A stretch of DNA of 64,000 nucleotides, taken from the NCBI GenBank assembly GCA_965153285.1, contig OZ229110.1, one strand, 5' to 3'. The DNA comes from Podarcis tiliguerta (taxonomy: Eukaryota). Shown piece after piece: positions 1-13,054 of this stretch (the first letter of the stretch is position 1; every line of letters begins with the position of its first letter). A program made the translations under genes and the position numbers. The notes under the pieces are model-generated. The model was not told the DNA's origin and did no database searches. It saw only the letters and a list, made by a program, of their open reading frames with translations.

Positions 1-91
1 TGCAATGTTTGGTCTTCTTCCTTGACAATGCGGTCTTGTCCTATTGACTTCAGTGGGGCTTGCTCCCAGGTAAGCTTTGTCCTCTTTCCAG

Positions 92-3000
92 ATGGATGCT
101 CAATCAGTGGGGAAGGAATCTCAGTGGGATGCAGCCTTATACAGAGATTTTGCTTGTGCCATGTATACCCCAGGAAACATTTGCAATGGTGAGGAAGAGG
201 AGGGGGCCTGAGAATAGAAGGTGGTAGGAGAGGAGGCAGGGAAGGAAGAATCTGAAACCTGCCAGGACAGAGCCTGAGGGAAAGGAGGTGGGAGAGAGTG
301 GAAGGATCATGCATATTGTTGAAGCTGCATTTGGCTGTAGGAAATGGAAATCTGAGGGGACTGTTGAGGCCAACTTTTCCTGCATTTTTATAAGAAGGAG
401 CAAGGCAAGTCCAAAGATGCAGAAACACAAAGGACCCAAGAGGAAGAGCTCATGGTAAAACAGGTCGGAGAGGACTGGGAGGAGAAGGCTTGTGGTTGCT
501 CTCGAGACAGAGCAGGAAGCAAACACCAGAAAGAAGGTGGGTGGTCGGGGCACCTTAGCAATTCAGAATGGCTGCAGCTGCCGTTAAATGCCCTATGTTT
601 TAATTTAATGGATCTCTCTTATTTGAAGTTCTTTGTCTCTTCGGACTCACAAAAGAAATCATACGTCCCTTGTTTTGGAGCCCATGGTTTTCAAAGTAGC
701 CAGTGTTTAAGTAATTTTGTTCTGGCAGCATCTCTGTATGCAGGGGAAGAAGTTAGATGTGAGTCCTGCATAGTGATGAAAGCGAGCTTCGTGTCTCTCT
801 CTCAAACTTCCATGTAGTCTGGCCTGGTTCTCTAAACTCACTGAGGAGTGTTGGTGAAATAGTTCAAAAGTTTTGTGAATCTGTTTATTCCCACCTAGTT
901 TCGGAGTGAGTTAACACGATAAATCCAAACATTTTCTGAATGACATGCCACCGCTATCTTATTGTGTGCAAGCAGTGCCTCTCTTTTTCTTAAAATATTC
1001 CTGCCTTCCTCACGTTGTTAGATGATGAGCTAATAATGATGCTTGCCACATAAGCATGTAATCACGTTGACATCTGCAGTGCATCATGAAGAAAAACTGT
1101 TTCTTGCCATGGAGGAAACTTTGGGTCACATCCATACCATACATTTAAAGCACTATCGTACCCCTTTAAGAGTCATGGCTCCCCGCCCCCGATGTCAATT
1201 CTGCCTTTGAAATCCCAATAATGTCCAGGAAAATCTGGATGTATAGCAGCCCTAGTTAAGGGTGCTGGGGACTATACCTTTGTGAGGGGTCTCCTTAACA
1301 GCCTTAATGAACTACCATTCCTAGAATTTTTGGGGGAAGACATGACTCTTAAAGTGGTACAAGAGTGCTTTCACTGTGTGGTGTGGGTGTGACCCTGATG
1401 TGAAGGAAATTTGGAGCCAAAGAAATAAGGGGAAACTGGAGTGTGGGTCACTTGCAATGTAGTGCTAGTTTTGAGGGTTGAAAGCAACTATTCAAGGTCC
1501 TTCTGGGCCATGAAGCTTAGCCTACCATATGGTGAGATCCTGCACATGCCCACTCAAAAGTAAGGCCTGTTGTGTTCAATGGGGTGTATTCTCAGGAAAG
1601 GGTACAGGATTGCAGGTGGTTGCCAAGATGACAAATAAGCATTTTGCAGTTTATATATTTTTTCATATAGATTGTTATATGCCCTGTGGCTGGCTTGGCG
1701 TAGTGAATGAGAAGAACTCTGTAGGAAGGTTTGAGAAAGAAGCTCTGTGGGATTCACTCACTGCCCCCAGGGTCAGGTATTGCATATGGTGGCTCTGCTA
1801 ACACCTTTCTAATCCTTTGCTCCATTGTCCTTCCTTCAGCATTTATGCAGCAGCAGAACTAGGAATGATTAGAAATTGGTTTTGCATAATAAGCTGGTAC
1901 TAGGAAGAGAGAAGCATGGATAATTATCCCCCAAAGTGGGAACAGCCCATCCTGAGAGATTCTGTATGTAACACAGGTGAGCAGTGCTTACGTTCTGGAA
2001 CGAGTGCAGATGCCTTTGAGGACAAAGAAAGAAAACCAGAACAGCTGGATGGATGGGGACTTGACAGTTTTTCCTGTTCTGACAGAGATTTGGACGGTTC
2101 CTGTAAAAAGCACGCCTCCTCCAGCAATGTGTTCTGTGACTGAGGAGAGGGCTGTGTATTCTTCCCATCCTTTACGGAGATCCCTGCAGAGGCAATATAC
2201 AAGTTGCTTGACTGCAGCAAGCACTAAAACTCAGAGGCAGGGGAGAGCTGCTGATTACCATCCCACTTATTTGAGGAGACAGGGCACCTGGAGAAAACAG
2301 ATAAGTAGATCGGCTCTAATAGGGGTGTGAGTAGCAAGACACTGCTGTTTGACACTTTGAGCCCAGTTCTGTGTTTGCTTAGAAGTAAGTCCCACTGATT
2401 GAAGGGGGCTTACTTCCAAGTAAATAGGTGAGCTGGAAGCGGCAGAGAATCTTGCATTGCCACTGTGAAGGAGCTCCGTGCATGCGGGATGACTCATCTG
2501 GTGGAGAGGAGGCAGTGCAGCATCTAAATCTCCAAGTGCCGACAACCGGGTTAGAAGTGACACCTGGAACAGATCTTGCTTGGCAGAGAAGGGAGGCCAG
2601 GGAAAGTGAAAGGGCCCCTCGTTATTGTGTTTGGCACCTGCGACCCCATTCCAGCATCACCCAGAGGTTTTCCATGGACTTGGTCCAGGCTTAGACAAAT
2701 CCTTGGCAATCCTGACTGTTGCCAAAGTATGTCTAAATTTTCAGCTGCAGCTCAGCATGTGCAGCCTGTGAAGAGAGCGTTAGCAGAAATGAGGTATGCT
2801 CTAAGACCTGGATACAGTAAAAGTTAAACGCGACAGGCATATATAATGAATTGTCGAGGATCCAGGGAGAGCAAAAATATCAAGGGTTCTGCAGGGGAGG
2901 GGGAACTGCCCCAAATATTAGTTTCATCTTAACAATAAATTTCTCACTTGGGATTGTTTAAACTGCGTCTCTCCCTGCCACCCCCCCCCCCATGCAATAG

Positions 3001-3657
3001 AATATCTGATAGTCGGTGTACTCCCTTCCTTTAATTTCTGTCTCGTTCTGTATCACCGTTCGACTTGTAAAGCTTTGTCCCACAAGGGAATAGAGTACAT
3101 TCTTGAAATGATCAGCAGGAGGGATGAAGGAGAGAAGAAGCATTGAAATAAATGTTTCAGTTTTGGGAGAGGAAGCTTAGTAAACGCACAGAAGAACAAA
3201 ACTGAAAAGGAGGAATAAGCTGATTTCTTCTTCTGGTTTTTGCTTTCTCTTCACTTCAGATGAATTCACAGTAGCCAGCAGCCCATCTCTTACCTTAAGC
3301 TCATCTGAAAGGTAAAGGACCTAATGCTTGCACTCTGCTGAGGGGCAGAAAGACAACTGTTCCCACAGTTACCAGCAAACAGGACAGTGATAGTGATGTG
3401 GGTTGCAGAACTAAGCGCAGCCTCCCAAAATTAGCCTTCAGCAGATGGCGGAGCACAAAACAAGTCCTGACTTCTAAGAACGCTATTGAATTACACAGGT
3501 CACTTGCATGGCTGGTTTGCTGTTTGTTTGTTTACTGTGCAAACTGGTGTCTTCCCCTCCCTCCTTGCCCGCTGTACACCTGTCCTATTAGAGTCTGCAT
3601 TCAAAGACTTGCATATAACTATTCTGTTTACTTTTTAAAAATGGACTCTGCAACAAG
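92..3657 (+). other. Cluster of exon-like segments, possibly an unannotated spliced transcript or pseudogene
   Basis: Nine AG...GT-bounded segments, most with good pyrimidine tracts and donors. No recognisable protein family. Confidence 0.3.
1123..1395. mobile_element. Harbinger-like MITE
   Basis: Inverted ends GGGTCACATCCATACCA / TGGTGTGGGTGTGACCC. The internal TTTAAAGCACT...AAGAGTCATG motif is mirrored at the other end. Confidence 0.6.
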
Positions 3658-6600
3658 GTGAGCAAATTCCCGTGCTTCTAGCCCTAGTTATGGCTACTCT
3701 TAGTTCTAACGGACCACATCACTTCCACAGCCAAACGTGCTCAGGTTCAGGTGGGTTTGTCTTGCCACATATTTCTCCCCCATCCAGCATACATGCTAAA
3801 TGTGTTCCTTGTGTTTGCTCTTAATTTAATTGTTACATTTTAACGGAGGAAGGTATACCCTCCCGCTGCACATTTGGGAGATTGGCCATGTTCCTGACAG
3901 CAGTCACTGCAGAGGAGGCAGATTGCTGAAGCTGGAGAGAACAGCAGACTGCAGGCTGATGCCAAGAAGGGAAGGGCAGAGAATCCATGCCACAGGACAG
4001 AATAAGTGCATGGAGCGTATTTAAACAAGAACAACAGTTTTCTGCTGGATTTTGAAGTGGTCAAAGGAGGAAACTGAGGATGATAATTATCTGTGTTTCT
4101 TTTTTTCTTTTTGCATGAAGAAAAGGACAATTAGAGCTCCAGGAGACCAAGATGATAGAACTGCAATAGGCCAGTCCAGAGGAGATGAGGCTCTTACTGT
4201 GGAATTTGTAGCACACAAGAGCCAGGCAGCATTAGAAAGAGGAATAAAGGCAAAATGAAGAACAAAATGGATATTGTAGTGATGCTTTTGCACTTAACCA
4301 AATAGACCAGGTTCAGACAAATTTGTCCCAGGGTTCATATACCATAGTTTACTAGCAGCCCTGTACCCTCATGTTGATTGGGAATGCTAAGGGGGGGGGG
4401 GAACTAGGGCAATTTTGTAATGGGTAGTTTAAAAATACATTTTTGAAAGGTTCAGTTCTCCATCTTGATTCAAAATGGAATCCAGTTTTATCCGAGAAAG
4501 ACTTGCCCCTCAATCTCAGGAACCATCACATAAAATTTGGTTAAGAGATGTTAAGAAATGTCCAAAGGCACAGCAAACAGAAAAAGTAACATTCCAAAAT
4601 ATATAGTAGAAGATGAAGCCATGAACAAGCACTGTGGCCATGTACTCCTCCCTTGGCCCTCCTTTATACACTGGTTTCAGTGTGGAGATCTTGCTTGCAT
4701 TTAAGTCAGAGTTCTCCATAACATCCAAACACATTAGGATAAGCCAGGATCTGATCCGATTTAAAATGCCAGCTCAAGACAGAAGTGCACTGAGTAAACC
4801 TACATTAATGTGTATTGCCGTTGCTTCCATATTTAGGCTATTGTTTCCCTACCTTCTTGCAACTAGTTTCAGTCATTACAGATATCATCAGCTGCAGGGA
4901 AAGAAACAAGGAATCCCACAGAGATCTTGTGAGCTGAGTTGGACTTCAGGCCATGCCTGGTTGCTGTGCAGCACTTTTCCACAGTGCAAATTATTCAGAT
5001 AATATTAATAACAAGAAGAAATTGAAGATGATCTCCTGGGGGAATAATTCATGTTCGCTGTTTGGTGGGGAGGGACATTCAGCCTGGATTGATTTGTTAC
5101 CTTTGCGGTCTGTTTGCTGCTCTGTGCAGCCAGGTCTCATGCCATGCCAGCAGCTTCTGAAGCAGGAAGACGTATCAAGGATTGGCAGAACATGGGGTTA
5201 CTTCTGACATCACTGCCAGCATTTCTTGAAGGCCACAGGGCTATCAGAAAGTTGAACAACATCTGCCCAGCCCACATTGTGTAGCGGTTAAGGGTGTTCG
5301 ATTCGGATTGAAGAACCCAGGCTCTGATCCCCACAAAGCCAAAATATAAATATAACAAAAAAATTACATTCCTGCTTGGCTAAAACTTACCATAACTTGA
5401 CCAAGTGGAAGCAGCAACCAGATTGCAAACCCTAATGTGAGAATTGGTCCAGAATGAAAGTGTCCCCCCTGCAAAATGAACACAATACCTAGGGTATTAT
5501 TCATGTTAGACTCTTGCTATTGCTCTTTCCAAAATAACTTAAGCTTTACAGTAGCTGGTCACAGAAGAGATGGTTTAGGTTTCAACTTGCTAGGTATCTG
5601 TTCTTGAGCCTAGCAGAAGCCATTCTTTGCCTACTTAGCTTCCACAAATGGCTCAGACTGCCATGACCCACATCTGGCAAATCTTCTTGTCAGATATTCC
5701 AGTCATGGAAGAGCTTGGATCTGGACCACTCTTGGTGCTGGGCTCCTGCCCTCCTGGGCTCTGCCTTGACAGGCCCCTGTCTCCCCTGAGGGGAGTTCCC
5801 CTGCTGAAGGGGGCAGGGGAAGTGGCCTTCGTCCCTTAGGCGTTGCCTTCAGCTCCCCAGCCTGTGTAATTCTCTGTGACAGTTCAATTCAGAATGAATC
5901 CGGCCGCTTCACAGCAACAGACATACAAAAGGTGAGCCCAGTGGAGCCTGAATAATGAAGAGAGCTGCTCTCTGCAGTGGGCTGCCTGGGGGACACTGTG
6001 GGGGAAGGGGCAAAAATGCTGACCTAGTGTTTCTTTTCCCTCGGTCCTCCGGGCTATTTCTTTCCCCTACACTGAGCACGGCATGTTTCATCCCAGTCTG
6101 TGATGCAATCGGTTCCTCTGAACTGCTCTGGCAGTGGGGGCAGAGGCAAAGGACTGTGTCTGATACACTTCCAAGTTGCCTCGTCCAAAGCACCATTTAT
6201 AACCTGTTTTTCTCCTTCCCCCACTTTTCCCCCCTTCACGGGCATATTGGAAGCAGGATTAAATATCCCACAAGTGCATATAATGGAAGACATGTGCTAG
6301 TTAGATCCCCCAGCACAACAAAGATACCGTGAAGTTGTTGCATGTCTGCAAAGTCAATGCAAAACCACCGCATTGCAAAAGCCCCGGATCCATCATCTGC
6401 CAGAAGCCTTAACTAAACAGTTAAGCTAAGCTTCCAGTCCTCATGCCCAGGTCCCTGGGGCCTTAGCTTCAGCCTAGAGTGCTACCACTCACCTTTAGTA
6501 TATAGAACTATGAAAATTCCGCTGCAGCACCATGCAACTTTGAATTCATGTATCAGTCATGGTATTGAGAACCACGTTTTATTTTTATGTATCTTTTAAA

Positions 6601-7173
6601 AGATCCTAAGCTTTAGGCTCTGTAGACAGTGTTGACAACTCGGAAGCCAGGAAATGGCTGATCAGGATTTTCATTGGTTCAAGAATAGAGCTTTGGTACC
6701 GTGTGTGGCCTGTTTTGTGCCAATGGAAATTAGAATAAAATATGCAAAACAAGCATAAACATGTGAATCATCTATGCAAATTGCAGAATTCAGAGGTGTA
6801 AGGGGGGATAATTTTGGTGTTTTGCGTGTGGCTCAATCTTCTCTGTTCCAAGTTAATTTATGAGTTTTGTGATGAAAATACTGTGGGGGAGAGTAGGAGG
6901 ATCTATATTTTAGACCCAGGTGGAAGTTGTGCCATCCACTTATTTTTGGGGGGCCCCTGCAACCATTTCAGGACTTGCAGAACTGCAGCTGAAATCAGCT
7001 GTGGTTGTTGGCAGTGCAGTACCTCAGCATTCCAGTACTTGATCAAATAAAGGCCAAAATTACCAAAATCCAGTGGCAAACGAAAGAGCTCCCCCTCCAT
7101 GGTATAGTCATACTCACAGTTTGTCATCCTGGTGCCATTGAAAAGCGTTGCACATACAGAAAAGGATGCTCTA

Positions 7174-7233
7174 GCAAATTCTGTAGAACTAAGCAGCCCC
7201 TTTGCAAATTCTGTAGAACTAAGCAGCCACTTT
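7174..7233 (+). repeat. 30-bp direct tandem duplication
   Basis: GCAAATTCTGTAGAACTAAGCAGCC(C/A)CTTT occurs twice with one mismatch. Confidence 0.9.
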
Positions 7234-7826
7234 CCTCCATCACCACCCTTTGGGTGGGAGCACCAGGTGAATGAGTTTGCTGGATCTACCTTTATTTATT
7301 ATTTCATTGGTCAGCCTTACTGCTGGACTCTTCCAGGTGAGTAAGATTTGCATTCGTGCCCTGTTACCTGTTCCCAAGTATTGGAAAAATAAAATAATCT
7401 GAGTTACATGTCTTTCCTCCAATGTTCTCATTAGACTCTTTGTTGAAACAAAATAGTGCTGCTGTTGTTTTAAGAAGAGAATCGCAAGGCTGGCCACTAG
7501 TTCACTCTAGCTAGGCCATAGATGAATGGTGCTTCACCAAACTGCCTGTTGAAAACTCCGCTACTCTCAACATCTGCCCTGGAGGCAGTCCAGATCTCTT
7601 GGTGTACTGCACTAAGTCTGTGGGCAGAAACACATCCTAGCTTAAATGCTGCAATGCTACAGTGCACACACTTCCCTGCTTCTTCTCTACACCTGCAGTT
7701 TCCCTTCTTTATGGTGCGCACATACACACACACACGGGCACACTCTTGCTTGCGCTCTCTCGCTGAGCCTTGTTTCCATAGATAGACCTTTTGTGGGGAT
7801 ATGGTAATAGGCTGACATTAAGAGAG

Positions 7827-7840
7827 CCAGCAGGGGGAGC
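7827..7840 (+). promoter_or_regulatory. Candidate CTCF site upstream of MDK coding exons
   Basis: CCAGCAGGGGGAGC, one mismatch to the CTCF core. Confidence 0.45.
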
Positions 7841-9147
7841 AGCCTGCCTTCTAAAGCTCCACATGAGATCTAATTGTGTTGGGCTTTTATTTTTAATCTT
7901 CTGTTTTAGTTCTCAAAAACTCTGCCTGTTGGGGGCTTCTTTTCCCACCCTGGATTCTTTTTGAGCTGGATAAAGATTCCATGGCAGCTGAGATCCCCCC
8001 AACCTCGGGGAGCTTTGGCATTGGCGAGGTAGCCTGCTGAGCACCAGATAAAAGAGGCAGTGGGAAATGAGGGAAAATGTGGGAGCATTTGAGGGGAGTG
8101 GGGAGCAGGGCCTCACTATTGCCAGCCCGCAGAAGCCTTCTGGCTTCCGAAAGGCAGCAGCAGCATAAATCCCTTTGGCAGGTTTGCTTTTTCCCAGTTT
8201 CCACTTCGTTGCTCTAGATTTGCAGTCTAGGAAAGGGGGGTGTCAGAGACCAGGGTGGGGTAGAAAGTTTGCAATGCCCCTCGGATTATTTATTTGCTTA
8301 TTAAAAGGGGGGAAAGGCCCCGAGTCTTGTTCAATTTCTGCCATAGGCCTACAAGATTCAATAGGTGCAGGAGAATAACGTCATTTTGTTTTACCTTGTG
8401 GGCCAAAGGCTCATTGTGAGGGGAAGTGCCCATTGACTCGCACCACTGTGGGAATGGCGTGTTTGTGTCTCAGTAAGTGCAGGCCTTGTGCGGGCTTGCC
8501 AAGTGGCACAACACACCAAAGAAGGGAAGCACAACAGAGCAAGAAAAGACAGACATCCCAGCAATGGCAGGGAAGAAATGCTCTCAAAGGCATTGTGTTA
8601 ATCCCAGTGGGTCGTCTCCAGTGCTAGTCCTGCTCAGAGTAGCCCATTGAAATTAATGGACCTCTTAGTTAACCAGATCTATTAATTTCAGTGGGTCTAC
8701 TCTCTGTGTGTTTCAGACAAATACCAGTAGCTCTTTGTCAGATCACTGTTTGTATCTCCTTGCTCCAAACTGAGTCACTCTTGAAAAAGTCACTGAGGTT
8801 GCCAGTCCGTTAGCGCCAGTTATTAAAGAAAGTACCATTGATAACAGCCCTCAGAGAAAGAGAACTGTTTGCTCAAAATATGTTGTGAATCATACAGCCA
8901 GTACTAATAACTGATTCCCAAACCTTCTGGGTTTCAGTTTCCATACTCTTAATGCTGCCCTTGCAGAAGTCAGCAGGGAGAAGGCGGATGGGGACAAAAC
9001 TAGAATTGCATTTCTCTTCCTGTCATTGGCTCTGGTGCCACCTACTGTTGGCCTCCCTGCCTTCCACCCTATCAGTTCCATTGAGCACCAGCCATCACTG
9101 CAGGGCTTTGATGCACGAGTTGACTCCTTATCCTTTCCTTCTACAGA

Positions 9148-9226
9148 ATGCAGGTCCGTGGACTCTATTTGCTTTTGGTTCTGATCCTTCTGGCTGCATC
9201 TTCTGAGGCTGGCAAGAATAAGAAAG
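9148..9226 (+). CDS. MDK: Midkine coding exon 1 (signal peptide MQVRGLYLLLVLILLAASSEA + GKNKK)
   Basis: Acceptor TCCTTTCCTTCTACAG|A then ATG at 9148. Hydrophobic signal peptide. Donor AAG|GTGAGC at 9226/9227, phase 1, in frame with the next exon. Confidence 0.95.
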
Positions 9227-9413
9227 GTGAGCTGATTAGGAGAGTTCTGGCTAGCAAGTGGGATGAGGCCCTGTCTGCAGACTGATGTTCTGAGGGCTTG
9301 CTTGCAGGGCGTGGGCAGTGGCTGCATTTAATGCCTTACAGCAGCCTGGGGGAAAAGGAGAAGTTGTTTGTTGTGCATTATAATGATTGCCGGCTCCCCT
9401 TTGACCACTGCAG

Positions 9414-9575
9414 AAAAGGTGAAGAAAAATGGCTCGGATTGCGAGGAATGGCGCTGGGGTCCCTGCGTCCCCAACAGCAAAGACTGTGGTGTTGGCTTCC
9501 GCGAGGGAACTTGTAACGAAGAGACCAAGAAACTCAAGTGCAAGATCCCCTGCAACTGGAAGAAGGAATTTGGAG
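9414..9575 (+). CDS. MDK: Midkine coding exon 2 (N-terminal domain [34 protein letters not shown]...[12 protein letters not shown])
   Basis: Midkine/pleiotrophin Cys pattern. Acceptor CTGCAG| at 9413, donor GAG|GTGAGT at 9575/9576. 162 nt, phase 1-1. Confidence 0.97.
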
Positions 9576-11210
9576 GTGAGTGTGTGTTTTGCCCTGAGAG
9601 AGAGAAGGGTGAGACTTAGGGAATGACACTCTGGTCTTAAATGGGACCTTGGGAAGCCAGCCAGCCCACTGGCTTAACAAATTCTGGAGAAATTGTGGTT
9701 CTTTGCCTGGAACGATTGCAGGCAGTTAGCGAGGAGTGTGCATGCAGTCTTGGGGGTCATGTGCACACCGTATGCCAACTTACTGCCGACGTTAATGCAG
9801 TGTCGGTTTTTGCTGTTTACAGTGAGTTTGCAATTGATAATGTGCTCGTTCTGCATCCAGCACTTCTGCATTAGAAGCACATCCTGTGGCTTCTGGAGGC
9901 AACTGGGCTTTCCGCAGAGATACTTGACTGTGGTTTCTGGCAGCTGTCATTCATTTGAAGCAGACATTCCCAATCTGATGCGCTCCAGATGTTGTTGGAC
10001 TGCAACTCCCTTCATCCCTGACCATTGACTGTGCTGGCTAGGGCTGGTGAGAGTTGAAGTCCACAACATCTGGAGGCAGATGGTTGGGGAAGACTGTCCT
10101 TCTGCTTAGGAGCATAAATGAGGTTGCTTTATACCAAGTTGGACTATCAGTCCCTCAAGCTCAGTTTTGCCTAGATGGCTCATCCAGCCTGTAAGTGCCA
10201 GGGATTGAACCTGAAATCTTCTGGGTGCAAAGCACACACTCTACCTTTCTACCTTACTCCTTATCTGAGAGAGAATATCTATGGTGGTTGAAGGCCAGAG
10301 AGATTCTGGTAGGGGGTCTTGGATCCAAAGGGAAACAAGATGGTGGTGGCAGTATGGGGCAGAGTCCCTTTTATCTGGGTCCCACTGAAAAGGTTGCCAT
10401 CACCTAGAGATAACGTACAGCTTCCATGTCACTTGCCTTCTGTCGAGATACCAAATTTTCTGTCCATACTCAGTCCAATACTCTGAGCAACTCCTGATAT
10501 ACCAGCATTTTCCAACACCTCTCAGGGCAGTGGGATCGAGGAGGATCCAGGAGTACAGAGGACAGTAGATTCCAGAAAATAACTTGGATCTGAGCAGAGA
10601 ATTAAGTGGTTTGAATGCTGCCTGGAAGCTTTCTACACTTTTAAGCCACACCTCACACATTCCCTTTGTCTTGCTATTCCCACTTCCTAGTTACTTCCAT
10701 GCTTATGTATCTGCTTCTTCTCTATTTAGGTTAGTGAGGAATTAGGTTGTGGCCAGCTGGAGGAGAGGTTTGGCTGTCAGTGCCAGCTTTGCAGCTTCCT
10801 GTTTCCCTCCACTGTGGATTCCTCCCCTTTGCTTGCTTGCTATTTACAGCAGATAGGAAAATATACAAGAGGCATGATTATGCTGCATTGGTGTTTATCC
10901 ACATACCAGGCCCTTGAAAACTACCTGTTTGTTTGGTGTTGTATTTTAAAGAGTCAGGCCTACAAACCACAAAGTTCCTAGTTCCATGACAATGTTGTGC
11001 TGCAGTCGCTGCCAATCCATTTACCCTGATCCAGCTAACATTTAGTCCCAGTAACATTTAGATCTGCTAATTGTTGAGCCACATGGACATGATTCATAGT
11101 CATTTGGTAGATAGCCATGGTGAACGCTCTTTGGGATCTTAGGTGTCCCACGGACAGGACCATTGCTTGTTTGCTATAACAGATCTAATGGCTCTTAACT
11201 TCTCTCCTAG

Positions 11211-11372
11211 CTGATTGCAAGTATAAGTTTGAGAGCTGGGGTGGTTGTGACTCGGCAACAGGTCTGAAGTCCCGTTCGGGCACTCTGAAGAAGGCCCTCT
11301 ACAATGCCGAGTGCCAGGAAACTATACAAGTGACCAAGCCCTGCTCTCCTAAGGCCAAGTCAAAATCCAAAG
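11211..11372 (+). CDS. MDK: Midkine coding exon 3 (C-terminal domain ADCKYKFESWGGCDSATGLKSRSGTLKKALYNAECQETIQVTKPC...)
   Basis: My translation matches the midkine C-domain. Acceptor TCTCTCCTAG|, donor AAG|GTGAGT. 162 nt, phase 1-1. Confidence 0.97.
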
Positions 11373-12004
11373 GTGAGTCCCAGCTCTTAGGCTCCCTTTT
11401 CCTGCCTTAGATAATTTGCCACGCATTACTCTTGATGATCCAGGTAGGATATAACTCCTGTGTTAGGGGTGGCAAATTAGGAAACATGCAGTTTTCTATG
11501 CAATTGCCATATTGCTCGAAAACACACTGGCAACACAGTATTGCTTGGAGAACTACAGCTGGCTCATGAGCTGAGTGTTTGTCTCACTGGTGTCTTTATA
11601 CGTGCTGAAAACACCCGTGATAGTTCACAAGCACCCAGGTAATGACAAGATTGCAATTATATGGTACTTCAGGTGCTGAGAGGAATCTAAAGCCCACAGT
11701 GTCTGTCCCCTAGGGGTGCATTTGTGTGAATGGGGAGAAGCTGGAGGCTGGAGTCAATAAATGGTAGAATCTTTCCACCTGCAAGGCAAGTGCAAGTGTC
11801 CAGACAGGAGGAACCCAAAAAACGACAAGACTGGATGTGCTCCAGGTGCACAGCTTGTATGCTAATGCAAGTCCAGGAGACTAGTGGTCAACGGGCGTGT
11901 TAAGAGTGCTAGTAAATGCCAGACCAGCACAGAAATAAATGAGAATGTGTGGGGGCCCTGTATGTGGTGTGTTGCACTAATGATCTTCCATTTGTTTCAA
12001 GCAG

Positions 12005-12030
12005 CCAGAAAAGGGAAGGGGAAGGACTAG
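12005..12030 (+). CDS. MDK: Midkine last coding exon (ARKGKGKD*)
   Basis: Branch-point-like CACTAAT near 11975, pyrimidine tract, tandem acceptor AAGCAG (11999-12004). Encodes the typical midkine ending KGKGKD with TAG at 12028-12030. Spliced CDS is 429 nt = 142 aa. Confidence 0.93.
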
Positions 12031-13048
12031 AACAATGGATGCAGCCCCACTGTCATCAGGGCATGGTGCCTGAACCCTCTTGGACACACACCACTTGGAG
12101 CTCCAGCGTGGTCCCTCCCAGCTTGGCAGCCCTTTTGCCACATCCCACCCCCTTCTGCCTCCACAACCTTGCCCTTCACTGACATACCGTTTCTAATCAC
12201 TAGTTTCCTAGGGAGCAAGCCCACCCTGTCGTGAAGAAAGCGCCCTTTTGCCTTCCCTGTAACGTCTCCTTTCTACCATGCTTCCCCTCCTCCCGATCTG
12301 TGCATCTCGGTGCTCTTTGCCCTGGTTTGTTTCCCCGGAATTCCGCACGATGCGTTTTGAGATGGGGCTGGGCTCTGCTACGTTGTGGATAGAGTTCTTC
12401 ACCTTTGGGCTCCTTGGCTGAAGCCATATGGCCCTTTGGCGCATCTCTCTCTCTCTCTCTTGCAAGCTTGGCAGCAAGGCCTGTGGTTTCCTCGTCCCCC
12501 ATGCAACGTCCCATAGGCAAAAGTCCAAATTAAGCTAGCCAAGGAAACTGATTTGGAGAGTGTAATGGAGGGAGGGGAAAGGGGGGAGTTAATGAGAAGG
12601 GGGGAGCCCCATGCCTGCCTTACATTCCTCATAAGGTGACTGTGTGCAGTAGGACTTACTTTGGTGTCGCTTTGAGCCCCTCAGACTTACAAGGGGCTAA
12701 ATTAGTGCCTGCTGCCCAGGGTGCTGTGTGTGAATGTCTGTTTCTGCCTTCCCCCTCCAATATATATAAATATATATATCCAGTACAGGCTTGTTCATAA
12801 GCAGACCATCTGGAAGGTGTGTGTTTTCCATGAGCTGTGTTTGACCTTTTGTCAACAAACCACCTTTTCCCTTTCCTTCGCCACCCAAGAATCTCCCTAG
12901 AGTTATGAGCATTATCTTTTTCAGTCACAATGTCCTCATTCCTTCTGTCCCTTCTTGTCTCTATATTTGCTGGGACACTGTGGCCTTGTCCTCCTTTTAC
13001 TGGTGCTGGGTAAGCCCTCTTTGCTTTTTACAATGCCCCCTCTTTTCC

Positions 13049-13054
13049 AATAAA
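13049..13054 (+). terminator. Probable MDK polyadenylation signal (AATAAA)
   Basis: First AATAAA I found after the stop, about 1.0 kb downstream, followed by a U/GU-rich tract (GTCCTCTTTTTTGCGGGGGTGGGG). Confidence 0.7.

Noticed and set aside
1-9100. DGKZ terminal exons and a DR5 retinoic-acid response element for MDK
   Set aside because: No DGKZ ankyrin or ETAV C-terminal sequence was recognised, and no clean RGKTCA-n5-RGKTCA was found by eye.
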